The notes: generated by a model from the letters alone, not told the origin. DNA of 64,000 bases from Octopus sinensis (GCF_006345805.1 NC_043011.1:34608464-34672463), one strand, 5' to 3'; shown: positions 30,506 through 43,864, counted from the first letter of the stretch. Translations and numbers: made by a program.

Positions 30506-30904
30506 GGCGGCGAGCTGGCAGAAACGTTAAGCACGCCGGTCGAAATGCGTAGCCGTATTTCGTCTGCCATTACGTTCTGAGTTCAAATTCCGCCGAGGTC
30601 GACTTTGTCTTTCATCCTTTCGGGGTCGATAAATTAAGTACCAGTTACGCACTGGAGTCGATGTAATCGACTTAATCCGTTCGTCTGTCTTTGTTTGTTC
30701 GCTCTGTGTTTAGCCCCTTGTGGGCAGTAAAGAAATAGGTATTTCGTCTGCCGCTACGTTCCGAGTTCAAATTCCGCCGAGGTCGACTTTGCCTTACATC
30801 CTTTCGGGGTCGATTAAATAAGTACCAGTTATAATCGATTTAAACCGTTTGTTTGTCCTGGTTTGTCCCCTCTGTTTCTTGTTCCTTGTGGGCAGTAAAG
30901 AAAT

Positions 30905-30905
<1 letters not shown>
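30506..30905 (+). mobile_element. Family 1 SINE dimer within GATA microsatellite (intron 1 of gene C)
   Basis: ggcggcgagctggcagaaacgtt head followed by two core units, with GATA arrays at 30185-30412 and 30906-30984. Confidence 0.85.
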
Positions 30906-30984
<79 letters not shown>

Positions 30985-31097
30985 AAAGAAGAAAGGATTC
31001 TTGTTAGAGTATTTAAGCAGACACGAAGTTCAAAAGTTGAGGTCGAGTAAGGAAATTAGGAGAAAATTCATCCAAATATACCGGGAACAAAACTTAC

Positions 31098-31152
31098 TGA
31101 AATGTGCACAAGATGTGGTTTGTCAAAAGCAGGATATAAGGCCCTTTATATA
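31098..31152 (-). promoter_or_regulatory. Gene C TATA box (31145-31152) and short non-coding first exon ending at donor 31098
   Basis: Minus strand ttacTATATAAAggg...acatcttgtgcacatttca|gtaagt, homologous to 13618-13669. Confidence 0.72.
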
Positions 31153-31699
31153 GTAATTTTGAGTGACATCTGTACTATTCTCATAGAACTGAGAAAATAA
31201 GGATGTTAAAGGGGACATAAAAACAAAATAAACCAAAAAAATAATAAAAAAGTATAAAATGTAATCTGTAGATAATGTTGAAATATGTGTACATACACCT
31301 GACTTAATTCCAAGGATTTGGACGTAAGCTATAAAGATTTCGCTAAGTTCTCAAGTTGAGTTTGATATTATTAGTTAGCTAGTTACCTAATTTGTTAGCC
31401 AACTAGCTAGATAGATAGATAAAGATGCTTGTTATTGTAATTAACCAATTGCTGTCCAAAGCATCTTTATAAATTTGTCCTAAACAGCCTTGTTTGTTTT
31501 CAGTTTACCCTTATTTCATACGCTCTCAGTAAGGTAATGCTTTCATTTCATATATCCCAAGTTACTCTAGTGGTTGAAAAAAATCTGAGTCGTGTGTCAC
31601 ATATGATGTATAGATACCAGAGAAACTTTGCATCACATTTAACCAGGGAACGGGCAAAGGGTTGAAGATACACAATGTTTTAAAGATTAGACCGAGAGA

Positions 31700-32310
31700 A
31701 GAAAGCCATCCATCCATCCATCTTCTCCGCCCAGACTCTTTGGGAGGCATCTTCTTCATAGGAACAACCATCATTAGAATTTCCGGTTGGATTCCCAGTA
31801 GGGAATATTATCCAACCATCACGTTCATGATCTACCCCTAGGTCACCTGCCGGTTACCTCGACATGAAGAATCCGCCTTGTGATTCTTTCCTGCGACATT
31901 CTAATCACATGTCCATTTTACCGGAGCTGTGATCTCTCAATGCAGAGAAACAGCGACTCAGCTTTGGATAAACTCCTTGATCTGCGAACTACTCACTCTA
32001 TCGAGTAACGTTACTCCAGAGATTATTCGAAGGAACGACATTTCGGCCTCTTGTAAACGCGATCGTACTGCTTCGCTCTTTACTCAATATTCATGACCAT
32101 AAGTGAAGATAGATACAAAAATCAAATTGAAGATAGCGAGTTCGGCTTTCTTTTACCAACTTCTCTTATTCTTAAAGATCGAATGCTGAAGTTGGTGCAA
32201 TACCGTTTCAGTACCTCCAATTCTAATTCTAACAACCAGTTCAGCCTCCTGCTTCTTATCACTCGTGAGTACAGCTTCGAGATACTTAAACCTCTCTACT
32301 TGTTTCATTG
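31700..32310 (-). mobile_element. RTE-like LINE 3' fragment, decayed
   Basis: QVERFKYLEAVLTSDKKQEAELVVRI and related downstream sequence. Confidence 0.6.
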
Positions 32311-32420
32311 ATGTTTCACTAACATACAAATAATGCAAAATTTACTAAAACACAAAACTTATTGAAGTGTGAATGGGATATGGCGTATTGTTTAATTTTC
32401 CTTTGTATCAAGTACAAATG

Positions 32421-32635
32421 TACGAGGGTCGAACGAAAAGTTCATGCTCTCATGGAATGTGATCAAATGAGGTATATTTTTCAACATAGTACCCCTTCCG
32501 GTCCACACATTTCTTCTAGCGGTGTTACGGTGCTTGGATCCCACTGGTGGGGAAACTTTCATCCTATTCAAAAAAGTCATCAACTCAAAAAAGTCATCAA
32601 TTGCAGACATGATGTCATCATCACTACGATACTGG
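32421..32635 (-). mobile_element. Mariner terminal fragment
   Basis: ta|cgagggtcgaacgaaaagttca. The following tatttttcaacatagtacccctt matches the reverse complement of the 3' end of the 5603-6815 element. Confidence 0.65.
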
Positions 32636-33222
32636 CAATGTTTCGACCCATGTTTGCCAATATGAGCTTAGGAGATTTTTATAATTTTTATGCTAAAAAT
32701 TTATTACCATCTGCATTGTATAGTAAATAGTTTTCTAATAGATGTGACGAAGATTTTCCCAACTGCAATTACTACTACTATGTACAATAGTGGGTTATAC
32801 TAGCAACTATTTAATCGCTTACTGCAATTTAGGGTGCTAGATGGAGTGTCTATGGTTGTTAACTTATCCTTAAAGTATAGGATGTTAAAGTATTCTGAAC
32901 AAAAAGCCCTTACAGATTTGTTCATTAGCAAATAAGTACGAAAGCAGAATGGATATATTTCTAATTCCTTCAAGAATTTCTTAGGCTGATTTGTATACTT
33001 CTGAATATATTGTAAGGATTCATTAGATTTGTAGAGTTGAAAATCTGGAGACATTTGAGTTTGAGTGACATCTAGGAAGTAAGCGTGGGTGAGGTTGGTT
33101 TCCGCTGTAAAAACCTGCACTCTTGACGAAAGAGTGCAGGTTTTTCCTTCCACCTATCCGTTGTTTATAGGTTTCAGTTGTGCAATATCAGAGATCCATC
33201 ATCTCGATACAATCCTCTTCGA

Positions 33223-33650
33223 AGGCGGAGAGATGGCAGAAACGTTAGCACGCCGGGCGAAATGCTTAGCGGTATTTCGTCTACCGCTGCGTTCTGAGTT
33301 CAAATTCCGCTGAGTCCAACTTGGCCTTACATCCTTTCGAGGTCGATTAAATAAGTACCAGTTACGCACCAGGGTCAATATAATCGACTTAATCCATTTA
33401 TCTGTCCATGTTTGTCCCCTCTGTGTGTAGCCTCTTGCGGGCAATAAAGAAATAAGAAACGTTAGCACGCCAGGCGAAATTCTTGGCAGTATTTCGTCTG
33501 TCTTTACGTTCTGAGTTCAAATTCAACCGAGGTCGACTTTGCCTTTCAACCTTTCGGGTCGATAAATTAAGTACCAGTTGCGTACTGGGGTAGATCTAAT
33601 CGATTGGCCCCTTGCCCCAAAATTTCGGGCCTTGTGCCTAGAATAGAAAA
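33223..33650 (+). mobile_element. Family 1 SINE dimer, inserted in an old Penelope-like remnant (~32800-33800)
   Basis: Two SINE core units. The flanking ORF 32800-33153 has YFLDVT...SLQYIQKYTNQP, reminiscent of the PLE RT thumb region (weak). Confidence 0.7.
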
Positions 33651-34253
33651 GTATATAATCCTCTTCTAATGCCTGTGAAGTAACTCCTAAGTCAGTGTAG
33701 TTAGTACAGGTCTATCTGATTGCAGACCTTCGCTGGGCCACTTTCCTCCTCGATAGCATCGAAAGAGATCTTAGAATATTTGTCTATTCCTCATAGATTT
33801 ATCATATGTTGTCAGTAAAGACGGGGTGGGTCAAAAAATAAATTTTGAATTATTATATGCACAATGGAAATCTTCGCTATTTAAAGCAGAAAAATCTGGG
33901 AAGAAAATGCAAAACTCAAACTATGCATACGTACGTACATACATACATACATACATACATACATACATACATACATACATACATACATACATACATGATC
34001 GGACGTGTAGGTGTAGAGGACCGTTTTAAAAGTCTGTTTTGAACGCCTTCCTCTAGAAATATGCTGACTTCTACAACCTAAATCGGCAACTGGTTTATTT
34101 CTCCAACAATTGGTAAGAGAAACACCTTTTACTATCCAACGTCGTGCTATCCTGAACGAATTGAAAATATACATCTATACCACGTGGGATCTCGCTAACA
34201 CGATTATGGCTGAAACTAACACCAATCAATTAATTAATAATTTTACCAAGTAA

Positions 34254-34803
34254 AGCGCAGGAGTGGCTGTGTGGTAAGTAGCTTGCCTACCAACCACATA
34301 GTTCCGGGATCATTCCCACTGCGTGGCATCTTGGGCAAGTATCTTCTACTATAGCCTCGGGCCGAACAAAGCCTTGTGAGTAGTTATTTTGTAGACGGAA
34401 ACTGAAAGAAGCCCGTCCGATGTGTACATATGTGTATATATATATATGTGTGTGCGTATATGTGTTCGTGTGTCTGTGTTTGTCCCCCAAACATCGCTTG
34501 ACAACCGATGGCGGTATGTTTACGTCTCCGTAACCTAGCGGTTAGAGCCCGATAGAATAAATACTAGGCTTACGAAGAATAAGTCCTGGGGTTGATTTGT
34601 GTGTCTGTGTTTGTCCCCCAAACATCGCTTGACAACCGATGGCGGTATGTTTACGTCTCCGTAACTTAGCGGTAAGAGCCCGATAGAATAAATACTAGGC
34701 TTACAAAGAATAAGTCCTGGGGTTGATTTGCTCGACTAAAGGCGGTGCTCCAGCATGGCCGCAGTCAAATGACTGAAACAAGTAAAAGAGAGTAAAGAGA
34801 GAG
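34254..34803 (+). mobile_element. Family 2 SINE with internal ~130-bp tandem duplication
   Basis: Head gcgcaggagtggctgtgtggtaagtagcttgc and tail ggcggtgctccagcatggcc...gaaacaagtaaaagag. tgtgtctgtgtttgtcccccaaac...ggggttgatttg is present twice. Confidence 0.85.
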
Positions 34804-34846
34804 TATGTAGCTCGGTACGTTAAAATAACCCTTATAGGTAAAATTA

Positions 34847-35051
34847 TACAAATATTCTATAATTATAAACATAATTAGAATTAGAGGTTAGCTAATTGCC
34901 TCTCCACATACCGAATGTAGAAATAGGCCTTCGTAAAAAAAGTGTGTTACTGTCGTGGAGATTTTTAACTCCTATTTCTAAATTCTGTATGTGGTGAGGC
35001 AATTAGCTGACCCCTACTTATAATTATGTTTATAATTATAGAATATTTGTA
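34847..35051. mobile_element. MITE-like inverted-repeat element
   Basis: tacaaatattctataattataaacataatta ... taattatgtttataattatagaatatttgta, with ~80-bp imperfect arms and TA ends. Confidence 0.75.
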
Positions 35052-35106
35052 TATGTAAATATATATATGTGTGTGTGTGTGTGTGTATACATATGTGTGT
35101 TTATAT

Positions 35107-35139
<33 letters not shown>

Positions 35140-35324
35140 GTATATATATGTTTATGTATATATATATGTGTGTGTGTGTGTATTTAGATATATATATGCA
35201 TGTATATATGTATATATGTATATGTATATGTATATATATATGTATATATATATATATATATGTATATATGCATGTATATATATGTATATATGCATATGTA
35301 TATATATTTATATATATGTATATA

Positions 35325-35384
<60 letters not shown>

Positions 35385-35404
35385 CTGTGTGTCTGTGTGT
35401 GTGT

Positions 35405-35698
35405 GGAGGCGCAATGGCCCAGTGGTTAGGGCAGCGGACTCGCGGTCGTAGGATCGTGGTTTCGATTCCCAGACCGGGCGTTGTGTGTGTTTATTGAGCA
35501 AAAACACCTAAAAGCTCCACGAGGCTCCGGCAGGGGGTGGTGATCCCTGCTGTACTCTTTCACCACTCTTTCTTCTGTTAGCCTGCTCGCTTAGCCAGCG
35601 GGATGGCGTCATTCGAAGGCTAAAAACAATGCGAACGCATTGTGACCAGCGATATGTAGCAACATCTGATGGTCTGGTCGGTCACGTGATCACGTGAT
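35405..35698 (+). mobile_element. Family 3 tRNA-derived SINE
   Basis: A box tggcccagtgg and B box gtttcgattcc followed by a non-tRNA body. A second copy lies at 59700-59860 (minus). Confidence 0.8.
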
Positions 35699-35719
35699 AT
35701 ATATATATATATATATTGT

Positions 35720-36112
35720 TGTATTTAGGAATGGTCATTTTGCCAGTTTAGCCAATAAAAACACACGCACTATATATTTGGTGTTACTTTGCTTCAGCGT
35801 TATTTATTTTTACATTAATCTTAATCTTATTTCGGCCAGAGTTCTTTCGTCACACTCCTATGACCTCATCAGTGATCCTTTGCTTTCTTCTTTCTTATTT
35901 GTGTGTCTCTCCTTTTTGAGGGTCAGCCATTTTGTATTTTGTATTCCTATTGTATGTGACTTCATTTGCGCATGCGTATACCTCTATGTGTGTCTATGTT
36001 TAGTTAGTGTGTGTGTGGGGAGGATTGCCTGTAATATTTGTATCTCCTGTTTATATACGTTTCTGTAATTTGTTTTTGTTTATTTTTATTTAGTTCATGT
36101 GTTTGCACCTAC

Positions 36113-36164
<52 letters not shown>

Positions 36165-36165
36165 G

Positions 36166-36241
<76 letters not shown>

Positions 36242-37735
36242 TGTATATAGTTATTTACTTTCATTTGTTTATTTATCTGTGTATTTTATTTATTTTTTTA
36301 GTTTTGTTTATATTGTTACCAGTTTATGGGAATCTTCTGTCATATGCTGCGGTGTGTGCTAGTGTTCCATTCCAGTTTCCTAGTCAGGCTAGGTTTATCT
36401 TCTATTATGTGTGTAGCTTCCGTAATTTGTCTGATTGTTGCGTCTGTTCTATGTGTGGACAAGATTTTAACTTCTATGTTGTTGATTGATCCCCCATGTT
36501 CCTGCTCGGCGTGTTGGTACAGAACCGATGAGCTCTTTCCTTCCTTGAGTTCTCTCCAATGGACATTTACCTGTTCTCCTATGCTCCGCGCCGTTTCCCC
36601 TACATATGTCGTTGTCTTATTACTGCATCGTCCCTCTATACATCTTATACTATAGACTACATTTCTGGCTTTACAGTTTGTTTGTGGGTTAAATCTACAC
36701 ACAGTACAGTTCCTATACGTACAGGGGTTCTACTAAAAGGGTAGGTTCTACCGATTATGGATTTGATAAGGTTGCCTGGCCTTTCAACAACCTTAATCCT
36801 TAGCTTAAGTTTGTCTAGGGCCCTTCTAAAGCGGTACGCCAGTTCATCTCTAGGGGTGGTGTCGACGAACATGACACTCTGGTATTTGTGGCTATCATAC
36901 CAAGAGTTGGCCTTCCCTATTTTCTTCTTTGTTCTTTCAATAGTGTCCCATGACTTGCTCCTATAGAGTGGGCAAATCCCATTCCTATCATTACATAAGA
37001 TAGTATCAAATTTCTTCTTGGCTCCTTTGAATACTCTGATCCTTTCTTTATGATTGTAACCTGGGAACTGCATGCGGTGAACGAAATGTTGTATGTGTCT
37101 CTTTAACTCTGTAGGCTCGCACATGCGGGACACATTTCGCATTATTCTGACGAGGTCTGCCATCAAAATATTGAATTTGGCATTGTCCGCGATAGCTGAG
37201 TTCCGGTGGATCAAGTATTTGGAGGCCATAGGTTTGGCATAGTACGAATGAAGGATTCGGGTTTTATTATTTTCAGTTTCTAGCCAGAGTTCTGTGTCTA
37301 GTACTGGTAGTCTATGGTTAGGATAGTCTATTGTGACCTTAATACTCTGGTGGATGGAGTTAGCTATTTGCTGAATGCTCTCCATAGTATTAGTTTCTAT
37401 TTCTATTTCAAGAGTACTCTCTTGTGGGGGTGCCTTTACCACTATGTTGATATCATCAACATAGCGAGAGTACATGTTCACGAGAATGGAGTTCTGTGTT
37501 AGACGTTCCTTAAGCCTTCTGTCCCACCATACCATTAAAAGTTTGGCCACGTCACCGGCGATACTAACGCCGATGGCTGCCCCCTCGTCCTGGGCATATA
37601 TTTTGTTGTTAAACTTAAACGTGTGGCCTTTTAGGGTAACTCTTATACTAGCTCCTAGGGCATATGTGATCATTTTCTTTACCTGATGGACATTTGCGGT
37701 CCATCCGCTCCATCTCTCTATATGGGTCTTCCTAT
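35720..37735 (-). mobile_element. Penelope-like retroelement (5'-truncated RT + GIY-YIG)
   Basis: ORF 36657-37673 has GAAIG, YSRYVDD, LPVLD and YYAKPMAS. ORF 36340-36702 has NVVYSIRC...YVGETARS...EH-like GIY-YIG motifs, linked by a frameshift. Confidence 0.88.
35832..35880 (-). ncRNA. Minimal hammerhead ribozyme in the 3' region of the Penelope-like element
   Basis: Minus strand ggatca-CTGATGA-g-gtca taggagtg tgac-GAAA-gaa-CTC-tggcc. Canonical core, 4-bp stem II, short stem III, imperfect stem I. Confidence 0.65.
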
Positions 37736-38555
37736 AATATATGTGTGTGTGCTCGCAAACACATCATATGTATGTATTTATAATGAATAAGCTGCGTCTA
37801 TTTGCAAAACAGAGATATTTAATGTCGTTTGTTTACTATATATGATATCTGTAGTATGGAAAGCGCACAAATATAAGTGCAAACCCATTTAGAAAAGCTT
37901 GTATTCCCTAATGTGTGTGTATGTGTGTGTGTGTGTAGTGGGATGTATAGGTAGAGGTTATCTGTGTGAAGTGAGAACAGTTATTTCAATATGTGCTTTA
38001 TCTGTACGAAGATTTGTATTTGCGTATGCTTATATCTGTGTATGTGCAAATGTATGCATGTATGTAAGTATGTATATGTATATATGTATATATATTTGCC
38101 TAAATATGGATGTATGTATCTATGTATGTATATTTGAAACGAAAGCGATAGATTTTATCTTTAATGATATTTTATTTCACTTACTGCTGATAAAACCGTT
38201 TGGTAATGACATATGCGTCACATAGTTGCCACCTACGTCTAATCTCTGACAATTTCCCACTTTTACGTTTCATGAAAATGTATTTAACAATTACATTTAA
38301 AACCTTAACAACAAATTCAGAACACGCCGTTTAGCAATTAACACTGAATATTTGCTCTATGTCAGCCAAGATCAAGTGCCCCTAAAATGAGAACTGTTCC
38401 ACCCAAGATCATCACCTTATTTGTAGTCGAAATGCATTATCAGCTCAAGTCTTCCTTTATTTCTAAGACCCATGACCTTTACGTTTTATTATTTTCAAGA
38501 ACTGTGAGATGTTTTATAATTTTCAAGAACTGTGAGACGTTTTATTATTTTCAAG

Positions 38556-39165
38556 AGCTGTGAGCTGGCAGAATCGTTAGCACGCCGGGCGAAATGCCTA
38601 GCGGTATTTCGTCTGCCGGTATTTCGTTACGTTGTGAGTTCAAATTCCGCCGAGGTCAACTTTGCCTTTCATCCTTTCGGGGCCGATAAATTAAGTACCA
38701 GTTACGCACTGGGATCGATGTAATCGACTTAATCCCTATGTCTGTTCTTGTTTGTCCCCTCTATGTTTAGCCCCTTGAAGGCAATAAAGAAATAAGAATC
38801 GTTAGCACGCCGGGCAAAATGCTTAGTGATATTTTGCTCGTCGCTACGTTCTGAGTTCAAATTCCGCCGAAGTCGACTTTGCCTTTCATCCTTTCGGGGT
38901 CGATTAAATAAGTACCAGTTACGCACCAGTGCGTAATCGGCTTAGTCCGTTTTCTGTCCTTGGTTTTCCCCTCTGTGTGTAGCCCCTTGTGGGCAGTAAA
39001 GAAATAAGAAACGTTAGCACGCCGGGCGAAATACTTAGCGGTATTTCGTCTATCTTTACTTTCTGAGTTCAAATTCCACCGAAGGCGACTTTGCCTTTCA
39101 TCCTCTCGGGGTTGATAAATTAAGTACCAGTTGCGTACTGGCGTCAATCTAATTGACTGGCCCAT
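38556..39165 (+). mobile_element. Family 1 SINE trimer
   Basis: Three head-to-tail units joined at aaagaaataagaa. Confidence 0.85.
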
Positions 39166-39399
39166 TGATTTAATTAAATCAGTATAAATAAAAAACAAAA
39201 TAGAATAATAATTTTATTAATAAAAAATACAAAAATCACATGTATAAACCAGCAGAAAAATATCGGTAACTCACGTTTAAACCATCAAAACATACATATA
39301 TGATATTTCCTTTTATCAAACATATTAAACAAAAAAATAGGAAAATAGGCCTGAGAACATTCTGTCCCTGAAAATTAAACCGAAGAATTTAATGAATGA

Positions 39400-42100
39400 G
39401 TAATTGCCTTTAGGAAAGTTAATTTATCGTTACCTATCATAAGATTGTACATGGTTTTTTATCCGCGTATCTATTGTCTGGTATTTTCTCTTTTTCTGAT
39501 GATTATCTCTTCTTTGTGCATGAATTATTTTGGTCTGTGTAAGAGATTCTTCGTTTCAAAGAGCATCAATAAGCTTCCAGATGTTTCGGTGCTTACTGGT
39601 TATTGATGTGAGCAATTGTGGGTGAAACCCCTCAAGAGCATTGCTCGTCCGAGGCAATTCCTGAATTACTCGACTGTAATCATTCCAAAAATTCACTGGA
39701 TACAAGGGCTCTTCTCGTCTGCCACGTCTTCCTCTCTTTGGTCCAATGTATGTCAGCTCGAAATAGCTTATAAAATCTATTGGAATTGATTCGTCCTCAC
39801 AGAGATCTTCATAAGTATCAATTACTTCTTCTGGTGGTAAAAATGCCAGTGCGCAGAACATTTTTATTTTAGTGGCAGAAGAAGCATCAGTACAATATTG
39901 AAGTTTATACCCGAGTTGGCATAACATCCTATAAACTGTCTGGCAAAAATTAAATAAACAACCCTCTGGGGCACATGCAAATCACAAACCCAGAAGTTTT
40001 CTTTGATGCCACAACACTCCAAAACCAAACAACAACCATCGACCACATAGACATAACAGAGAGGGATGTAATATCTGCCATAGAAGAAATGAGAATAAAC
40101 TCAGCTGCTGGACCAGATGGATTCCCAGCAGTCCTCCTAAAAACATGCAGGCATGCCCTAGCGGGACCACTGAAGAAGCTCTTCAGTGGTTCCTTGGCTA
40201 ACGGTAAACTGCCCAGGGCGCTAAAAGAAGGCACCATATGCCCTATCCACAAAGGAGGGAGTAGAGCAGAGGCCAAAAACTACAGGCCAGTCTCCCTGAC
40301 GTCACACATAAGTAAGGTCATGGAACGAATCATCAGAAAAAAACTGATCACGTTCCTCGAAGAAACTAACCGTCTCACTGACACACAGCATGGCTTTCGC
40401 CCAGGAAGAAGCTGCCTTACGCAGCTGTTACAACACTACGACTGGGTACTGAAACAACTACTGGATCGCTCACAGGTGGATGTGGTATATCTCGACTTTG
40501 CGAAGGCCTTTGACAAAGTCGACCACAGAGTGATATGTCACAAATTACTCAGACTCGGCATAACAGGAAAAGTAGGTGAGTGGATACATGACTTCCTGAA
40601 GGACAGAAGCCAGATGGTTGCAGCCAATGGAGCCCTCTCGGGAAAGACACCAATAGCAAGCGGGGTGCCACAGGGCACAGTCTTGGGACCCTTGCTGTTT
40701 TTGGTGGCGCTCTCTGACATGCCCTTGGTAGCACAAACAACATCCCTCACTAGCTATGCTGATGACACAAAGGTAGCACAGGCAATCAAAACCCAGCTGA
40801 TGCTGACCTTTTACAACAAGATCTGGATGCCATATACAAATGGGCTGAAGACAACAACATGCAATTTAATGCTGGTAAATTTCAAGCCTTACAATATCAA
40901 GCTGTAAACACATATACATTACAACACAACTATACTGGTCCAGGAGGGATCGAAATCCCAGTATCGAAATCAATACGGGACCTGGGGATAGACATGAGTG
41001 ACGATGCATCTTTTCTTCACACATCGCGAAGGTGGCGACAATGTGCAGACGACTCACTGGCTGGATCCTGAGGACATTCCGGACAAGAGACTGCGAGACC
41101 ATGTTGACACTATGGAGGACATTTGTCCTAAGCCGCCTGGACTACTGCTCCCAACTGTGGTCACCGCATAGTGTCAAACTAACCACAGAGCTTGAGACAA
41201 TCCAAAGACATTTCACCAAGAGGATTTCCACCATGAAAGAAAAGAACTATTGGGAGAGGCTTAGGGAACTCAATTTGTACTCCTTGGAACGAAGACGAGA
41301 GAGATATGCAGTGATATACATATGGAAAATCCTGGAGGGACTAGCACCAAATTTTGGAATTGAGAGCTGTTCCAATCCCCGTACAGGACGTCACTGTGTG
41401 GTGCCAAAGGTCCCGTCTTCCACATCCAGGGTAAGGAGCAGATACTGTAATAGCCTGGGGTTCAGGGGCCCTCAGCTGTTCAACAAACTGCCAAGAAAAC
41501 TAAGAGATCTACATGATGCGGATGTGGACATTTTCAAAAAACATCTAGACAAGCTGCTTTCCGGGATCCCAGATGAACCCACTGCAAGGTACGAAGGTAA
41601 CCTAAGGGCAGCAGCTACAAACTCTCTCTTAGATCAGTGGCCAGCCACGGCAAACTGGACTTAGAGAGGGTAGCAACAAGGGCGGTGCCCCAGCATGGCC
41701 TCAGCCGGATGGCTGAAACAAGTAAAAGAGTAAAAGAGTAACCTACGCTGGTGCTTCCAGTAAAATTATGGTCACAGCTGTTACAAATTGCCAGTTCAAA
41801 GTCAATCAATACTTGACGCGGCTTAATATTGGTCCGCAATTTTTTTTTTTATTTCAAGAAATTTTGTCATATGTTGCTTGTGTTTTGTCCGGCAGTAGAA
41901 TGAAAGCTCGAGGATAAGTACTACCATTTATGATAGCATGAATGATGAAAAGCTGATACCATGCACTTGGTGATGATTTGAATGTACCATCCATTCCTAA
42001 AAATGAGGTATTTTCCAGTTGTTGAAGACCTTCGCTAGAGGCAAACATCAAAATGTTTCATCTCTTCACTTCCCTGAAGAGACGATTACATTGTTTTACA
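39400..42100 (-). mobile_element. MULE (Mutator-like) transposase remnant split by a LINE insertion (pieces ~41742-42100 and ~39400-39962)
   Basis: MDGTFKSSPSAWYQLFIIHA, LLPDKTQATY and VLIDFELAI, then GCLFNFCQ, ALAFLP and PRTSNALEGFH. Confidence 0.8.
39963..41741 (+). mobile_element. CR1-like LINE, 5'-truncated, with frameshifts
   Basis: AAGPDG, NYRPVSLTS, QHGFRPGRSC, YLDFAKAFDKV, GVPQGTVLGP, YADD and LYSLERRRER. Ends in a (gagtaaaa) tail. Confidence 0.92.
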
Positions 42101-42378
42101 CCACTTATTCCTTTGGAATAATATCAGTGAAATCTTCGAAATATGTGTCGGAAATAAAAGTATTTGAATTATACTTGCGGTAAACTCCATTTATTTATTT
42201 ATATATTATACAAAAAATTCCACGTAAACCCGAAGTTTCTACCTTTAAAAACAAGGAGTTACAACCTCTTTGCTTGTGTGATTCTTTACTACCCAGGTAA
42301 CTATTTATCTATTTTTTCCGTGTTAATTGTTAACAAGGGAAAAATACACTCATCTATTTATATATAATATAATATGTA

Positions 42379-42557
<179 letters not shown>

Positions 42558-42578
42558 ACATATATATATTAAATATAT

Positions 42579-43607
42579 TGTTACGGAATCACCCGTCGCC
42601 GCTCGCCCGTACGGGCAAGTTCGCCACGGAACCCAGAGAGAGGAGAGATACAACAACAACAACAGCAGCAGCAGCAAGAAGAAGACACAGAGGCAACCGA
42701 GAGAGACACAAAGAGGCAAGGCACAACTGGCTTACATTTAACACTAGTTTATATGACAATCAATTGTTACACATCAAATACATTTCAGATACATTTAAAG
42801 GAGGACATGCACGTGACAACTCAATACATCATACAACAGATTAAAGCATTTAAAGGAAACAACAAATCAATACAGGTATACAACACATCCAGGTCAGTAC
42901 ATCAGCATTTCAAAGGTACACGTCCGAAGACACAGTTCTGTTTCAAAACACATCAACAAATAACGTTCACAGTTCTTTAAAGTCTTATTCTATTTTCTTT
43001 TGTAACATGTATCAACACAATTCTGAACATAAATACCACAACTCGATAATCGACACATCGACAAGTCCTTTACTCAATTCACAATGTTCTTTTCACAGTC
43101 TCATTTCTTTTCACTGTTCATTTCGATTCCTTGTCCTTCTTTTTCTACACATATCAATACACAATTCACGTACCTTAATTCCTAATTAGAATAGCCAGTG
43201 TCCCATATTGCACTTCATCTCTCTCAGTACCACTAACTCCAACTTGCCAAGCTCCTGAATCCCAACCGCCTTGACTTCCAAAATCCGACTGTCCTTTATC
43301 ACTACCCTCAATCTGTCTCTTAGCCTTATACTCTCTCTATCCCGCCTGGTCCTATGTCCCTATCTCTATCGGCGCTGCTGCTCTCACTCTCTCATGACAG
43401 CTCTCAGATCCCTTACTCTGTCTTTCCACTGCCAATATTCTCTCTATCTTCCTCTTCTTCAAGGGGTGTTTAGAACGACCTCTAGTTCACCCGAAAGGGG
43501 TCGCAGGTCCACCTAGAACCGATCAATCCACCTGAATCTGACAGGACAATGGGTTTATCCCATAAGTAGGTCACAGCCAACTGTCCTTAGATTGAACCTT
43601 CATAGCA
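42579..43607. mobile_element. Probable solo LTR
   Basis: tgttacgga...ttcatagca (TG..CA, imperfect terminal IR), flanked by atatat on both sides. Non-coding, ~1030 bp. Confidence 0.6.
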
Positions 43608-43656
43608 ATATATTATATATATATTATATATATGATATATATATTATATATATATA

Positions 43657-43773
<117 letters not shown>

Positions 43774-43864
43774 TATATTGTATATATATATTATATACAT
43801 ATTATATATATATTGTATATATATAATATACACTATATATATATTATATATATATATATATACA

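Noticed and set aside
35405-35480. tRNA gene
   Set aside because: It has A/B boxes but no proper acceptor stem, continues into a SINE body, and is repeated at 59700-59860.
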